Positions 20,905-32,187 are shown, counted from the first letter of the stretch. The stretch: 64,000 nucleotides of DNA from an uncultured delta proteobacterium (GCA_963696385.1 CAVOKF010000003.1:320001-384000); one strand, 5' to 3'. The notes: generated by a model not told the origin, from the sequence alone. Program-made: numbers and translations.

Positions 20905-22197
20905 TTGATACGCAACCCCAAGATCATTCTGATCCTTCTCACGGGGTTGAATCTGCTCAACTACCTTGACCGCTATGTCCTGTCCGCCGTCCTCGTCCCT
21001 CTGCAAGCCGATCTGCGCCTGTCCAATCTCGTGGCCGGTTTGCTGCCGACCGTATTTCTTATCGGGTACTTCGCGACGAGCCCAGTTTTCGGCGCATGGG
21101 CAGATCGCGCCGGCGACCGCGGCACGCGCCGAACGCTCATCGCGGCGGGCGTGGCCATCTGGAGTGCCGCGACGGTCGCGTCGGGCCTAGCTCGGACCAC
21201 GGCGTCGTTGATTGCCGCGCGTGCGGCGGTTGGCGTCGGCGAAGCGAGTTTCGCGACCCTCGCGCCCGCGCTGATTGATCGCCTCGCGCCCGAAGGGCGC
21301 AAATCGGGCTGGATGGCCTTCTACTGCGCTGCTACGCCGGTTGGCTCCGCTCTCGGTTACCTGGTCGGTGGGGCCGTCCTGCACGGGCACGGGTGGCGCA
21401 GCGCGTTCTACGTCGCGGGGGGACCGGGGCTCGTGCTCGCGCTCCTTTGCCTGCGAATCGCCGAGCCTGTGGATGGCTCGAAGCCGTCCGAATGGAACTT
21501 GCTCGACGCGGCGCGCAATCTGGCACGCATGCCGATCTACCGCGCTGCGGTGCTCGGGTACTGCGTATACACCTTCGCGATCGGGGGCTTTGCTTACTGG
21601 GCGCCCAAATATGTGAGCGAACGAACCGGTCTCGGCGTCGCGCGGGCGAGCATCGACTTCGGCCTCGTGACGGTCCTCGGGGGCGCACTGGGGACCGTTT
21701 TCGGCGGATGGGTGGCCGATCGCGCGGTCCGGGGCCGTCGGCCCGCCGGCACTTCTTCCGGGGCGCCTTTGTTCGAAGCCGACCCGGCACGTGCGGACGC
21801 GACCTGCGTCCGGATCCATCTCGGCGTGTGCGCGGCCAGTTCGGGCGTCGGAGCGCCTCTCGCCGCTGCCGCGATCGCGACCACCACGGCGGCCCTGTTT
21901 TTCGGCTGGACGCTGCCTTGCCAGATCGCGCTGTTCTCGCTGAGCGGCCCGATCAACGTCGTGCTGCTGCGAAGCGCGCCCCCCGAACTTCGTGCCAGCG
22001 CCATGGCACTCGCCATCTTCGCCATCCACGCGCTGGGCGACCTTTGGTCGCCGCCATTGATGGGTCTCGTCGCGGATCACGCCTCGATGCCGGTGGCCAT
22101 GGCGGGCGTCCCAATCGGGCTCGCGGTCGCGGCCTTCGTCTGGTGGCGCGGGGCCGTCGCATCCGGCTGGTTGACCGCGGCCTCACGCGTGCGCTAG
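20905..22197 (+). CDS. MFS transporter, Spinster-like family
   Basis: [39 protein letters not shown]; about 12 TM segments. Confidence 0.85.
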   Translation: MIRNPKIILILLTGLNLLNYLDRYVLSAVLVPLQADLRLSNLVAGLLPTVFLIGYFATSPVFGAWADRAGDRGTRRTLIAAGVAIWSAATVASGLARTTASLIAARAAVGVGEASFATLAPALIDRLAPEGRKSGWMAFYCAATPVGSALGYLVGGAVLHGHGWRSAFYVAGGPGLVLALLCLRIAEPVDGSKPSEWNLLDAARNLARMPIYRAAVLGYCVYTFAIGGFAYWAPKYVSERTGLGVARASIDFGLVTVLGGALGTVFGGWVADRAVRGRRPAGTSSGAPLFEADPARADATCVRIHLGVCAASSGVGAPLAAAAIATTTAALFFGWTLPCQIALFSLSGPINVVLLRSAPPELRASAMALAIFAIHALGDLWSPPLMGLVADHASMPVAMAGVPIGLAVAAFVWWRGAVASGWLTAASRVR

Positions 22198-22249
22198 GCA
22201 GCGGAGACTTTTTGCGCATCCTCGACGAGGTCGTGGGCGCGCGACCCCG

Positions 22250-24880
22250 ATGCAAAACGCACGCTTGCTCGCCTTCTTGGCTGCGGTGCTTCTCGCGCTG
22301 CTCTGCGTCCGACCTGCGTACGCAGTGGACGCCAGCACAATCCACCCGACCGCGGCGTCGCTCCCCGACGCAGGAGCACAAGCGGCACCCAACGTCGATG
22401 CGGGCACGTTGGCGGACGGCGGCGGTGCGCCGTCTGCCTCGGGTCTCGGCCTGGATCCAACGTTGCGCTTGCCTCCCACCGTCGCCGAACAGGCCGAGGG
22501 ACTCCCCATCGCTGCCTTGGAAGTGGTCGGCAACCGACGCGTCGTGCGCGAGGACGTGCTGTCCTATTTGCGTGAAAAGATCGGCCAGCTGTTCAAGGTC
22601 GACAACCTGACGGCAGACGTCCACGCCTTGTGGGACTCGGGCTTTTTCGAAGACATTCAGGTGGACCTTACGACGAGCGACCGCGGCGTCGTCTTGCGCT
22701 TCATCGTGCGCGAGCGGCCGAACATCAAAACGGTCGAGTACTCGGGCAACGACGAAATCGAGAGCGACAAGTTGACCGAGGTCGTGGAGGTCAAGGCGAA
22801 CACGATTTTGAGCTTGCCGGCCGTGCGTCGCAGCGTTCAGAAGATCAAAGATGCCTATGCGGAGAAGGGCTATTTTCTCGCGGACGTTCAGTATGAAATC
22901 CAGCCTCAACGGGAGAACGAAGTCATCGTCAAATTTCGAATCACAGAACATCAACCCGTGACGGTTCGACGCGTGACGTTCATCGGCAACGATCATATGA
23001 CCGACGACGAATTGCGAGACGGGATGCAGACCGGCAACGGAGGTTTCCTCTCGTTCGGGTCAGGAGGGCCTTACCGGCAGGACGTGTTCGAGCGCGACGT
23101 CTTGATGCTGAGCGCCGCCTACTACGACAAGGGATACCTGAGCGTGCAAGTCGGCACCCCTCGGGTGATGCTCAGCGCGGACCGCTCCGGGATCGACATT
23201 GCGATCGTCATTCACGAGGGGCCTCGCTACAAGATCCGGCAGCTTCGAATCTACGAACGCAGCGCCGATGATCCGACGCGGGAGGTCGAGCCGCTGGGAG
23301 GCCGCCGAGCGCTGCAGGAAATGCTGCACGCTCATTCCGGTGACTACTTCAACCGAGCCGAGCTCATCAAAGACCTGCAAGCGGTTCGTACGCTGTATCG
23401 CGATGCGGGATTCGCCAACGTGGAAGCCGAACCGGAGACCGAGCTCGACCCGATTCACTCCGAGGTGGACATCGTCGTTCCGATCAAGCGCGGTCCCCCC
23501 GTCACGATCGAGCGCATCGAAGTGAAGGGAAACACGAAGACGCGTGACAAAGTCATCCGCCGCGAGATGGAGGTGCAGGAGGGGCAGCTCTTCAGCGAGA
23601 CGGGGATCGAAAACAGCAAGCGACGCATCACCGCGCTCGGGTTCTTCGAACGGGTGGACCTATCGACCGAACAGGGTTCGGCGCCTGACAAGCTTGTCAT
23701 CAACGTCGAGGTCAGCGAGAAATCCACGGGCACCTTTCAGGTGGGCGCCGGGTTCAGCTCGATCGAGAGCTTCATCGCGACGGCGCAAGTCCAACAGGCG
23801 AACCTTTTCGGCAACGGGCAGGCACTGGCACTGCAAGCCCAGGTTTCGTCCTTGCGGCAGCTCGTGACGCTGCGCTTTTTCGAGCCCTACTTTCTCGACA
23901 GCAACTGGAATTCGAGCGTCGAACTCTATGATACGCTGTATGTTTTTCCGAACTTTGCGCGGCGGTCCATCGGTGGATCGATGACGTTCGGCTACGCGTT
24001 GGCGCAGCCGTGGCTGCGGCTCTCGGTTACGGCGACCGCCGAATGGGACTCGGTGGATACCTCGTCGACAACCACCGTTTTCGGGACCTCCACGCCTGGT
24101 TTCACCAACATTTTTCAAGCCTTGCCTTTGGCCAATCTGTTCAACTCGGGCCGCGTCTTCTCGCTCCGGCCCACGCTCACGTACGACACCCGAGACAACC
24201 GGCTTTTCCCGAGCTCGGGAATCTTTCTGCAGGTATCCACTGAGCTCGCGTCCGAGCTCTTCGGCAGCCAGTTCAACTACCTGCGTCACAAGTTCACCGG
24301 GCGATTTTACTATCCGCTCGGCGGAGCGACGGTGGGCCAGCCCGGATCGGGGTTCGTGCTCAAGCTGAACACCGAATGGGGCCTCATCACGAGCCCGGAT
24401 CCAGAAGGCGTCCCGATCTTCCAGCGGTATTTTCTGGGCGGGATTCTGGACGTACGCGGCTTCTATCTGCGGAGCATCGGCCCTCGCCTTCCGCTGACGT
24501 CCACGCTGGATCCGAACTCTGCGCCGATCCCGAACGGCGCAAATATCGGCGGAAACATGGAGGCCTACGAGAACCTGGAGCTCGAGTTCCCGATTCTCGA
24601 CAAGGTCGGGATCCGCGGCGTCGTGTTCTTCGACGCGGGAAACTCGTGGAATACCGAAAGCCAGTTCTGCCGGACCACGCCGGCACCGCAGTTCGACAGG
24701 GTCGTTCAGCCGTGCTTTTCGTTTCCCGACAGCCTCGGCTACCTACGCACGTCGACCGGCTTCGGAATCCGTTGGTTCTCCCCACTCGGTCCCCTTCGAT
24801 TCGAGTGGGGCTTCCCACTCGAGCCCTTGCCCTACGAACGGCACAGCGACTTCGAGTTCACGATCGGGAATTTCTTCTAG
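22250..24880 (+). CDS. bamA: Outer membrane protein assembly factor BamA
   Basis: POTRA repeats (GNTKTRDKVIRRE), QQANLFGNGQ, VRGF motif, WFSPLGPLRFEWG, C-terminal FEFTIGNFF. Confidence 0.95.
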   Translation: MQNARLLAFLAAVLLALLCVRPAYAVDASTIHPTAASLPDAGAQAAPNVDAGTLADGGGAPSASGLGLDPTLRLPPTVAEQAEGLPIAALEVVGNRRVVREDVLSYLREKIGQLFKVDNLTADVHALWDSGFFEDIQVDLTTSDRGVVLRFIVRERPNIKTVEYSGNDEIESDKLTEVVEVKANTILSLPAVRRSVQKIKDAYAEKGYFLADVQYEIQPQRENEVIVKFRITEHQPVTVRRVTFIGNDHMTDDELRDGMQTGNGGFLSFGSGGPYRQDVFERDVLMLSAAYYDKGYLSVQVGTPRVMLSADRSGIDIAIVIHEGPRYKIRQLRIYERSADDPTREVEPLGGRRALQEMLHAHSGDYFNRAELIKDLQAVRTLYRDAGFANVEAEPETELDPIHSEVDIVVPIKRGPPVTIERIEVKGNTKTRDKVIRREMEVQEGQLFSETGIENSKRRITALGFFERVDLSTEQGSAPDKLVINVEVSEKSTGTFQVGAGFSSIESFIATAQVQQANLFGNGQALALQAQVSSLRQLVTLRFFEPYFLDSNWNSSVELYDTLYVFPNFARRSIGGSMTFGYALAQPWLRLSVTATAEWDSVDTSSTTTVFGTSTPGFTNIFQALPLANLFNSGRVFSLRPTLTYDTRDNRLFPSSGIFLQVSTELASELFGSQFNYLRHKFTGRFYYPLGGATVGQPGSGFVLKLNTEWGLITSPDPEGVPIFQRYFLGGILDVRGFYLRSIGPRLPLTSTLDPNSAPIPNGANIGGNMEAYENLELEFPILDKVGIRGVVFFDAGNSWNTESQFCRTTPAPQFDRVVQPCFSFPDSLGYLRTSTGFGIRWFSPLGPLRFEWGFPLEPLPYERHSDFEFTIGNFF

Positions 24881-24960
24881 TCGATTCGACCCGGCCCGAT
24901 TGGAACGCGCGCCGGGGCGATCGGATCCCTCGGGCTGCGTGCTAAACCATTGCGCGACTC

Positions 24961-27549
24961 ATGGCCGAGAATCCGCCGACGCCAACCGCACCGCAGCAAA
25001 AGGTCCCCGTCTCGATCCAGGACGAGATGCGCACCTCGTACCTCGACTACGCGATGAGCGTCATCATCGGGCGCGCGATCCCCGACGTGCGCGATGGGCT
25101 CAAGCCGGTCCATCGACGCATCTTGTACAGCGCGTACGAGCAAGGATTGCTGCCGACCACCGGGTACCGCAAGAGCGCCACGATCGTCGGCGACGTTCTC
25201 GGCAAATACCATCCCCATGGCGACGCGTCCGTTTACGACGCACTGGTCCGTCTGGCGCAGGACTTTTCGATGCGCTACCCGCTCATCGACGGTCAAGGCA
25301 ATTACGGGTCGATCGACGGTGACCCGGCGGCGGCGTACCGATACACGGAAGCGCGTCTCACCAAGCTCGCCGTCGAGATCCTGAATGACCTCGACAAAGA
25401 ATGCGTCGACTTCGTCCCGAATTTTGACGACCGCCTCCAAGAACCCGTGGTCCTGCCGTCACGCGTCCCGAATCTGCTGGTCAACGGTACCAACGGCATC
25501 GCGGTCGGAATGGCGACGAACATCCCCCCGCACAACCTCGGCGAAGTCATCGACGCCACGGTCCACCTTCTCCGGCAGCCCAACGCCTCCCTCGACGATC
25601 TCATCCGTCTCGTACCGGGGCCGGACTTTCCGACGGCCGGGCTCATCTACGGGCGATCGGGCATCGAGTCGGCGTATCGAACCGGCCGCGGAGCCATCGT
25701 CATGCGCGCCCGCTTGGGTGTGGAGCGCTCCCCAGGACGCGGCGAGAAAGAGCAGATCGTCATCACCGAGATCCCGTACCAGGTGAATAAGGCCCGAGTC
25801 GCGGCGCGCATCTCGGAGCTCGTCCGCGAAAAGAAGCTTGATGGGGTCGGGGAGGTTCGCGACGAAAGCGATCGAGATGGCATACGACTCGTCGTCGAGC
25901 TGAAGAAAGACGTCATTCCGCAGATCGTCATCAATCAGCTCTACCGACAGACGGATCTGCAGACGAGTTACGGAGTCATCAACCTCGCGATCGTGCAAGG
26001 GCGCCCCGCGGTCTTGAATCTGAAAGAGACGCTCGAAGCGTTCGTGGGACACAGAAGAGAGGTCGTCGCGCGCCGCACGCGATACGAGCTTCGGCAAGCC
26101 GAGGGACAGCGTGAGATCGTGGAGGGTCTCGGCGTCGCCGTTTCCGAAGTCGATCTGGTCATCAAGACGATCCGGCAGTCCGCGGATCCGGAGACCGCGC
26201 GGACGGCGCTGATGACCCTGCCACTTTCGGGGCTCGAGGCCTTCGTTCGGCGAGCCGGACGGCCAGAGGGCGAGATCGAACTCGCGCGGCACCGGCAGCC
26301 TTATGCGCTATCCGATCGACAAGCCAAGGCGATCCTCGAGATGCGTCTTTCGCGACTCACCGGCCTCGAGCAGGAGAAGCTGGCTCACGAATACGCCGAA
26401 TTGTGCGATGCGATTGCTCGGCTTCGATCGATTCTCGCGAGTCCGGAGCTGCTCGACAACGTCATCGTCATGGAGCTCGAAGAGATCCGGACCAAATACG
26501 CCGACCGTCGGCGGACCGAGATCGTCGAGAACGATGCGGAGATCCTGGACGAGGATCTGATTCAAGAAGAGGACATGGTCGTGACGATCTCGCACGCCGG
26601 ATACATCAAGCGTACGAGCCCCAAAGATTATCGCGCTCAGAAGCGGGGCGGCCGAGGACGCATCGGAATGGAGGCGCGCGAGGAAGACTGGGTGACACAG
26701 CTCTTCGTCGCCTCGACGCACGCCTATGTGTTCTTCTTCAGCGACAAGGGGAAAGTCTACGTCAAGAAGGTCTACGAAATTCCCCTGGCCGCGCGTACGA
26801 GCAAGGGTCGTGCGATTGTCAATTTCATCGGCGTCGAAGCGGGCGAAAAGATTGCGGCCATCGTGGAAATTCCGAAGATCGAAAAGGGCAAGTTCGTCGT
26901 GACCCTTACGAAGGACGGACAGATCAAGAAAACGGAGCTCGACGAGTACGAGAACTTCCGCGAGAAGGGAATCATCGGCGTCAAAGTCGACGAAGGCGAC
27001 CGACTCCTTTCCGCCGCGCTCACCGACGGCACCCGCGACATTCTGATTGCCACCAAGGGCGGGCAGAGCATCCGCTTTCCCGAGGATCAATTTCGTCCGA
27101 TGGGCCGGGGGACCCATGGGGTCAAGGGGATCGACCTGAGCGAGGGCGACGAAGTGGTCGGCCTCGAGGTGTCGAGCGATGAGCGTTCGCTGGTGCTGGC
27201 CGTCTGCGCACACGGATACGGCAAACGCACGCAGATCGACGAGTTTCGAACCCAGAACCGTGGAGGCAAGGGAATCATCTTGATCGACGCCAGCGAACGC
27301 AATGGTCCGGTCGTGGGCGTCAAGCTGGTCAAGGAGAGCGATGAGGTCATGCTCATCACGGATCGCGGACAAACGCTGCGAACGCGCGTCGGCGAGATCC
27401 GTGAAACGGGCCGCAACGCCCAGGGCGTCAAACTGATGACGCTCGGCGATGGGGAGCGGATCGTCGCCGTAGAGCGAATGGCCGAGACGGGCGAAGCAGA
27501 CGATCTCGGCGGATCCACCGTACCCCCCGCACCGAGCGAGCTGAACTGA
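24961..27549 (+). CDS. gyrA: DNA gyrase subunit A
   Basis: [35 protein letters not shown], GyrA-box QKRGGRG, six-bladed CTD. Confidence 0.97.
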   Translation: MAENPPTPTAPQQKVPVSIQDEMRTSYLDYAMSVIIGRAIPDVRDGLKPVHRRILYSAYEQGLLPTTGYRKSATIVGDVLGKYHPHGDASVYDALVRLAQDFSMRYPLIDGQGNYGSIDGDPAAAYRYTEARLTKLAVEILNDLDKECVDFVPNFDDRLQEPVVLPSRVPNLLVNGTNGIAVGMATNIPPHNLGEVIDATVHLLRQPNASLDDLIRLVPGPDFPTAGLIYGRSGIESAYRTGRGAIVMRARLGVERSPGRGEKEQIVITEIPYQVNKARVAARISELVREKKLDGVGEVRDESDRDGIRLVVELKKDVIPQIVINQLYRQTDLQTSYGVINLAIVQGRPAVLNLKETLEAFVGHRREVVARRTRYELRQAEGQREIVEGLGVAVSEVDLVIKTIRQSADPETARTALMTLPLSGLEAFVRRAGRPEGEIELARHRQPYALSDRQAKAILEMRLSRLTGLEQEKLAHEYAELCDAIARLRSILASPELLDNVIVMELEEIRTKYADRRRTEIVENDAEILDEDLIQEEDMVVTISHAGYIKRTSPKDYRAQKRGGRGRIGMEAREEDWVTQLFVASTHAYVFFFSDKGKVYVKKVYEIPLAARTSKGRAIVNFIGVEAGEKIAAIVEIPKIEKGKFVVTLTKDGQIKKTELDEYENFREKGIIGVKVDEGDRLLSAALTDGTRDILIATKGGQSIRFPEDQFRPMGRGTHGVKGIDLSEGDEVVGLEVSSDERSLVLAVCAHGYGKRTQIDEFRTQNRGGKGIILIDASERNGPVVGVKLVKESDEVMLITDRGQTLRTRVGEIRETGRNAQGVKLMTLGDGERIVAVERMAETGEADDLGGSTVPPAPSELN

Positions 27550-28419
27550 GTGGGATCGCCCGGTTCATCGTCCACGCCGAGGCTGTCGGCGAAGGAGCGC
27601 CGTGGTCGTGCTCGATCGGCCCCCGCTCTGGCAACGAATACGCTCCGTCGACTGGCTCGCCAACATCCGACGGCCCGCTGCGAACTGGATCACCGATCCA
27701 CGTTCGAGCTGCTCGTGTCCGTCGTGCTCTCAGCGCAAACGACGGACGTGGCGGTCAACAAGGTCACACCCAAATTGTTCGCCCGCTTTCCGGACGCGCA
27801 CGCTCTGGCCACCGCGGCGCCCCGCGACGTGGAACCTTATGTGTCGACGCTCGGCTTCTTTCGCACGAAGGCCAAGTCGCTCGTGGGTCTGGCGAAAGCG
27901 CTCGTTCGCGATCACGGTGGCGAGGTTCCGCGGACGCTCGATGCCCTGGTCCAACTGCCCGGGGTCGGGCGCAAGACTGCGAACGTGGTCCTCGGGGTCA
28001 TGTGGAATGCCCCCGAAGGGGTCGTGGTCGACACGCATGTGATGCGCCTCAGCCAGCGACTCGGCTGGTCCAAGCAGACGGAACCCGAGAAAATCGAAAA
28101 AGACCTTTGCGTGATCCTGCCGAGGACGGAGTGGAACGCGGCGAGCCACGTACTCATCTTTCACGGCCGCCGCTGCTGCCACGCACGAAAGCCCGCTTGC
28201 ACCGACTGCTCGGTCAACGACGTCTGCCCATCCGCATTCGACGCCGAACAGATCGGTCGAAAGGCGCCGCGAAGACGCCGCGCAGGCGGCCCCGCGACCG
28301 ACGGAAAACCTCGACCGAGCGGAGACGGGGCGGCCGCCTCCGCAATGGGCCGAAATCCGCCGCGAGGTCGGGGTCCGGCTGCTGCTCGAACGGCTACTTC
28401 CTTGCGCGAAACGCGTTGA
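27550..28419 (+). CDS. nth: Endonuclease III (HhH-GPD, 4Fe-4S)
   Basis: FELLVSVVLSAQTTD, LPGVGRKTANVVL, VDTHV, C-x6-C-x2-C-x5-C. Confidence 0.93.
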   Translation: MGSPGSSSTPRLSAKERRGRARSAPALATNTLRRLARQHPTARCELDHRSTFELLVSVVLSAQTTDVAVNKVTPKLFARFPDAHALATAAPRDVEPYVSTLGFFRTKAKSLVGLAKALVRDHGGEVPRTLDALVQLPGVGRKTANVVLGVMWNAPEGVVVDTHVMRLSQRLGWSKQTEPEKIEKDLCVILPRTEWNAASHVLIFHGRRCCHARKPACTDCSVNDVCPSAFDAEQIGRKAPRRRRAGGPATDGKPRPSGDGAAASAMGRNPPRGRGPAAARTATSLRETR

Positions 28420-29428
28420 CCAAGCGCTCGGTTGCGGTATACGGGTCCACCCCTCGGTTCTCCACCTCGCGGACTGCATCGTCGATTCGATCGCCGAGGT
28501 CGTGAATGGCGGCATCGAGGAGCGCCTCCCGCAAAGCCTGGCGAAGCTCTTCGTCGAGCCGGGATCGCCGTCGGTTTCGGCCCGCCACCGTTCCTTCGAG
28601 CCAACCCCGGTGTCGGCCCAGCGCCCGCACGACTTCGTCGACGCCGTCGCCGCGCGTGGCGATGCATTTGACGATAGGCGGGGTCCAGGTTTCGTCGTCT
28701 GAAAGGGCCGAGCGCGGCCTGATGGGTCCTGCGCGCGCACCGTGCGTCACGGCGCCGATGCCCTTGGGAAGTGACCGCATGGCTTCGTTGCCCAGCGAAA
28801 TCATGAGCTCGAGATCGTGCGCGGTCGCGTCCGCGCCGTCTCGATCGGATTTGTTGACGGCGAAGACATCGGCGCACTCGAGCAGTCCGGCCTTGATCGC
28901 CTGAACCTCGTCTCCAAGACCGGGCGTCATCACCACGAGGGTCGAATGGGCGGTGCGGGTGATCTCGATCTCGTCCTGGCCGACGCCGACGGTCTCGACA
29001 AGGATGACGCCGTACGCGGCGGCGTCGAGCACGCGCACGATGTCGCGAGCGCTTCTCGAGAGTCCGCCCAGATGCCCGCGGGTTGCCACGGAACGAATGA
29101 AGACGTCCGCGTCGTTCGCGTGGCGCTGCATTCGGATGCGGTCTCCGAGAATAGCCCCGCCCGAGTAAGGGCTCGTGGGGTCGACCGCAACGACGCCCAC
29201 TCGATCGTGACGCTGCCGGTATGCCGTGATGAGCCGGTCGCACATCGTGGACTTTCCCGCGCCGGGGTTCCCGGTGACACCCAGGACCCATGCCCGGCCG
29301 GTATGCGGCCAGAGGTCCTTCATCAGTTCGTCGCCGCCCGGCAACCGGTCGTCGACGACCCGAAGCGCGCGGGCGATACCACGCGGATCTCGCGCCAGAA
29401 CGCGTTGTACGAGATCAAGTCGATCCAC
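28394..29428 (-). CDS. meaB: Methylmalonyl-CoA mutase-associated GTPase MeaB
   Basis: GVTGNPGAGKST, AVDPTSPYSGGAILGDRIRM, ETVGVGQDE, QAIKAGLLE, VNKSD. Confidence 0.93.
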   Translation of the reverse strand: MDRLDLVQRVLARDPRGIARALRVVDDRLPGGDELMKDLWPHTGRAWVLGVTGNPGAGKSTMCDRLITAYRQRHDRVGVVAVDPTSPYSGGAILGDRIRMQRHANDADVFIRSVATRGHLGGLSRSARDIVRVLDAAAYGVILVETVGVGQDEIEITRTAHSTLVVMTPGLGDEVQAIKAGLLECADVFAVNKSDRDGADATAHDLELMISLGNEAMRSLPKGIGAVTHGARAGPIRPRSALSDDETWTPPIVKCIATRGDGVDEVVRALGRHRGWLEGTVAGRNRRRSRLDEELRQALREALLDAAIHDLGDRIDDAVREVENRGVDPYTATERLVNAFRARK

Positions 29429-29477
29429 GGAATTGACGAGAGCCGGGGCCCTGCTTTCCGTCTTAGTCTAGCCGCCC

Positions 29478-30767
29478 TCAACGCAGGGCCGCGAGTTTGG
29501 CCCGCACGCCGTCGCGATCCACCCCCCCCGCGGAAGCCGACAGGGCGCGGCCATACGCTTCGCGTGCGGCTCGCCGCTCGTTCTGCGCGGCCAGCGCGTC
29601 GCCAAGCGCCGCCCAGCCTGGCGCCCAGTCGGGAAACTCCTCGCTGGCTCGAACGCCGAAGGCGCGGGCACTCGTATCACGGCCCGCAGCATGGCAGGCG
29701 AGGCTTGCATTCACGAGCGGGGTGGGATCGTGGTGGTCGAGCCCCCACGCGGCTTGATACCCCTCGATCGCCAGGTCAATTTCGCCCTTCCGCGCGTTGC
29801 CGTCGGCGACGAGCAACTGCGCGGCGGCGTTGTTGGCCTCGGACCTCAGAGCCGCCTCTCCAGCGCGAATGGCGTCGTCGGCGCGGCCCTCGGCGAGCGC
29901 GACCTGACCCAGCAGAATGCGGGCCTCACCACGGGTCGCGTCAGCGCGCGCGGCGGACTCGGCGGCTTCCTTCGCCTCTGCGACACGGCCCGCGGCGAGG
30001 CGCTCCGCGCCCAGATCGAGCCATGCCTTGCCGAACGAAGGGCGTTCGCGGATCGCCCGCTCGAGCAAGCCGGTCCGCTCCGGCCCGAACGGGAGCGCAC
30101 TCGCCAGCTCGAATAGGCTCTCGGGGCCGAGAGGATCAAGCTCCACCCCTTTCCTCAACTCAGCGAGGCCCTGCGACCGGTCACCGGCCCTCCACAGGAC
30201 ACGCCCCAAGGCCGTGCGCGCGTCCGCTCCGTCGGGTCGCATCGCGATGGCCTCTCGAAAGGAGGCCTCGGCTCGGGCCGAGTCGAGCTCGTATTCGAAC
30301 GCCAGCCCCTGCGCGAGCCGTGCGTCGTAGCACTGTGGGTCTTTCGCAAGCGCCTCCGCCGCTTCGAGCTCTGCCTCCGTCGCTCGCTGCCAGACCAAGT
30401 GCGCGTCTGCGACACACGCATGGCCTTCGGCGCTTGCCCCTGGCACACCGGTGAGTCGCTTGCAGGTGACGAACGCGCGCTGGAAGCTGCCGAGGTCCAT
30501 GTAGACGTGGGGGAGTTCGGTGTCGAGGGCGCGGAGCGCGGTCGGGTTGGCTGCACATACACCGATCCCGCGGCGGAGCTCGACCTCGGCCTCGGCCCAA
30601 CGGCCAGCGCGCCGCAGTGCACGCCCGAACGACAAGGCGGCCTCCCAGTCTCGCGAGTGAGACTGCGCCGCCGCACGTAGGCCCTCGATCTGCGACTCCT
30701 GAGCGGTCCCCGCACGCGGAACCACCAGACCGACCGCCAAAAGGACCGCTCCGAGGAAAACTCTCAT
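29478..30767 (-). CDS. Exported tetratricopeptide-repeat protein
   Basis: Signal peptide MRVFLGAVLLAVGLVVPRAGTA; multiple TPR-like Ala/Leu helical repeats. Confidence 0.75.
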   Translation of the reverse strand: MRVFLGAVLLAVGLVVPRAGTAQESQIEGLRAAAQSHSRDWEAALSFGRALRRAGRWAEAEVELRRGIGVCAANPTALRALDTELPHVYMDLGSFQRAFVTCKRLTGVPGASAEGHACVADAHLVWQRATEAELEAAEALAKDPQCYDARLAQGLAFEYELDSARAEASFREAIAMRPDGADARTALGRVLWRAGDRSQGLAELRKGVELDPLGPESLFELASALPFGPERTGLLERAIRERPSFGKAWLDLGAERLAAGRVAEAKEAAESAARADATRGEARILLGQVALAEGRADDAIRAGEAALRSEANNAAAQLLVADGNARKGEIDLAIEGYQAAWGLDHHDPTPLVNASLACHAAGRDTSARAFGVRASEEFPDWAPGWAALGDALAAQNERRAAREAYGRALSASAGGVDRDGVRAKLAALR

Positions 30768-30897
30768 TGCCCTCGACCGGCTACTTTGTAGCACATTACC
30801 ACGAATCCTGTCCTCGTCGGTCGCATCCTTGTTGAACAGAAAGGCCGGTTGTGTTCCCTTTCGGCCCCGCGCTTCGCGCCATTACAGAAGGCCACCC

Positions 30898-32128
30898 GTG
30901 ACCAAGACGACCAAGCTGACCGATCTCGTGTCCTTCCAGGACTGCAGCTTCGCTGCCCGGTACGCAACGCGCAAGATTCCGATGACCACGTTGTTCGAGG
31001 GCTACCTGGATGGCCTGATCGACATCCCGGACATGGACGCTTTTCTGGACGCCCGTCGCGAGCTCGTCAGTTATGCGCTGACGAAGCACCACCTGGAGTT
31101 CTTCGTCACCCGCTTCATTCCCGAGGTCGCCATCCACTCCAAGGAACAGGACGAGCGCATCGTTCGCGAGCACTACGATCGCGGCGACGACTTCTTCGAT
31201 GCCTTCCTCGGTGAGCGCATGGTGTACACGAGCGCATTCTTTCGTGACGAGCACGATTCGCTTGAACAGGCGCAAGACAACAAGCTCGACTTGGTGTGTC
31301 GCAAGTTGATGGTTCGATCCCGGCGACGAGATGCTCGACATCGGCTGTGGATGGGGAACCCTTGCGATGTACGCGGCCAAAAACTACGGCGCGAAATCGA
31401 CCGGCATCACGATCAGCAAAAACCAAACGGCCTTCGGAAATCGGCGGATCGCGAAAGCCGGGTTATCGGAGCGAGCTCGTATCGAGTGCCTGGACTATCG
31501 CGACATCCCGAGACGCCAATACGATCGCATCTCGAGCCTCGAAATGGTCGAGCACGTGGGCATCAAGAACTTCGGCAAGTTTTGTCAGCTCGCATACGAT
31601 CTCTTGAAGGACGACGGTCTGTTTTTATTGCAGTGGACGGGTCTACGCCGCGGCGGAGCGCTCGGTGTGCCGGTGATTGGGCTGCGCCCCGAGGACCTCA
31701 TTTGGGGTCTTTTCATGAGCAAGTACATCTTTCCCGGCGCGGATGCTTCGCTCCCGCTGAGCGACGTCGTGAGAGGACTCGAGAGGGTGGGCTTCGAAAT
31801 CCAGTCCGCCGAAAACGTGAGCGTCCACTATGGACTCACGATCCAGCGGTGGCATCAGAACTGGCAAAAGCACGAACACAGCGTGGTCAAAGCGTACGGC
31901 CAGCGCTGGTACCGCCTTTGGCATCTGTTTCTCGCATGGTCGTGGCGGATCGCGATGCAGGGCAACGCCGCTTGCTTTCAGATCGTCGCGCACAAGAACC
32001 TCGACACCTTCGATCGCAAAGTCTTCATCGGCCGCTCGTCGCTCGGAAGCGTCCGCGCCCCGGAACGGGAAAAGGAGCGCGCGCCCGTCGTGGCAAACGG
32101 CACGAACGGAACCGCGCGGGCCGATTAG
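30898..32128 (+). CDS. SAM-dependent lipid methyltransferase (CFA-synthase superfamily), resembling sphingolipid C9-methyltransferase; one +1 frameshift near 31308-31321
   Basis: N-half REHYDRGDDFF...MVYTSA...QAQDNKLDLVCRKL in ORF 30829; C-half MLDIGCGWG...LEMVEHVG...KYIFPGAD in ORF 31331. Confidence 0.85.
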
Positions 32129-32187
32129 GGCCGGGCCCTCCCCCGCTCCGCGAAGCGAGGCTCCGCGCTCATCGATTCAGGAAAGGG

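Noticed and set aside
31300..31330. Programmed ribosomal frameshifting in the split genes
   Set aside because: No slippery heptamers; these families are not known to be recoded; the shared GATC context points to a sequencing or consensus cause
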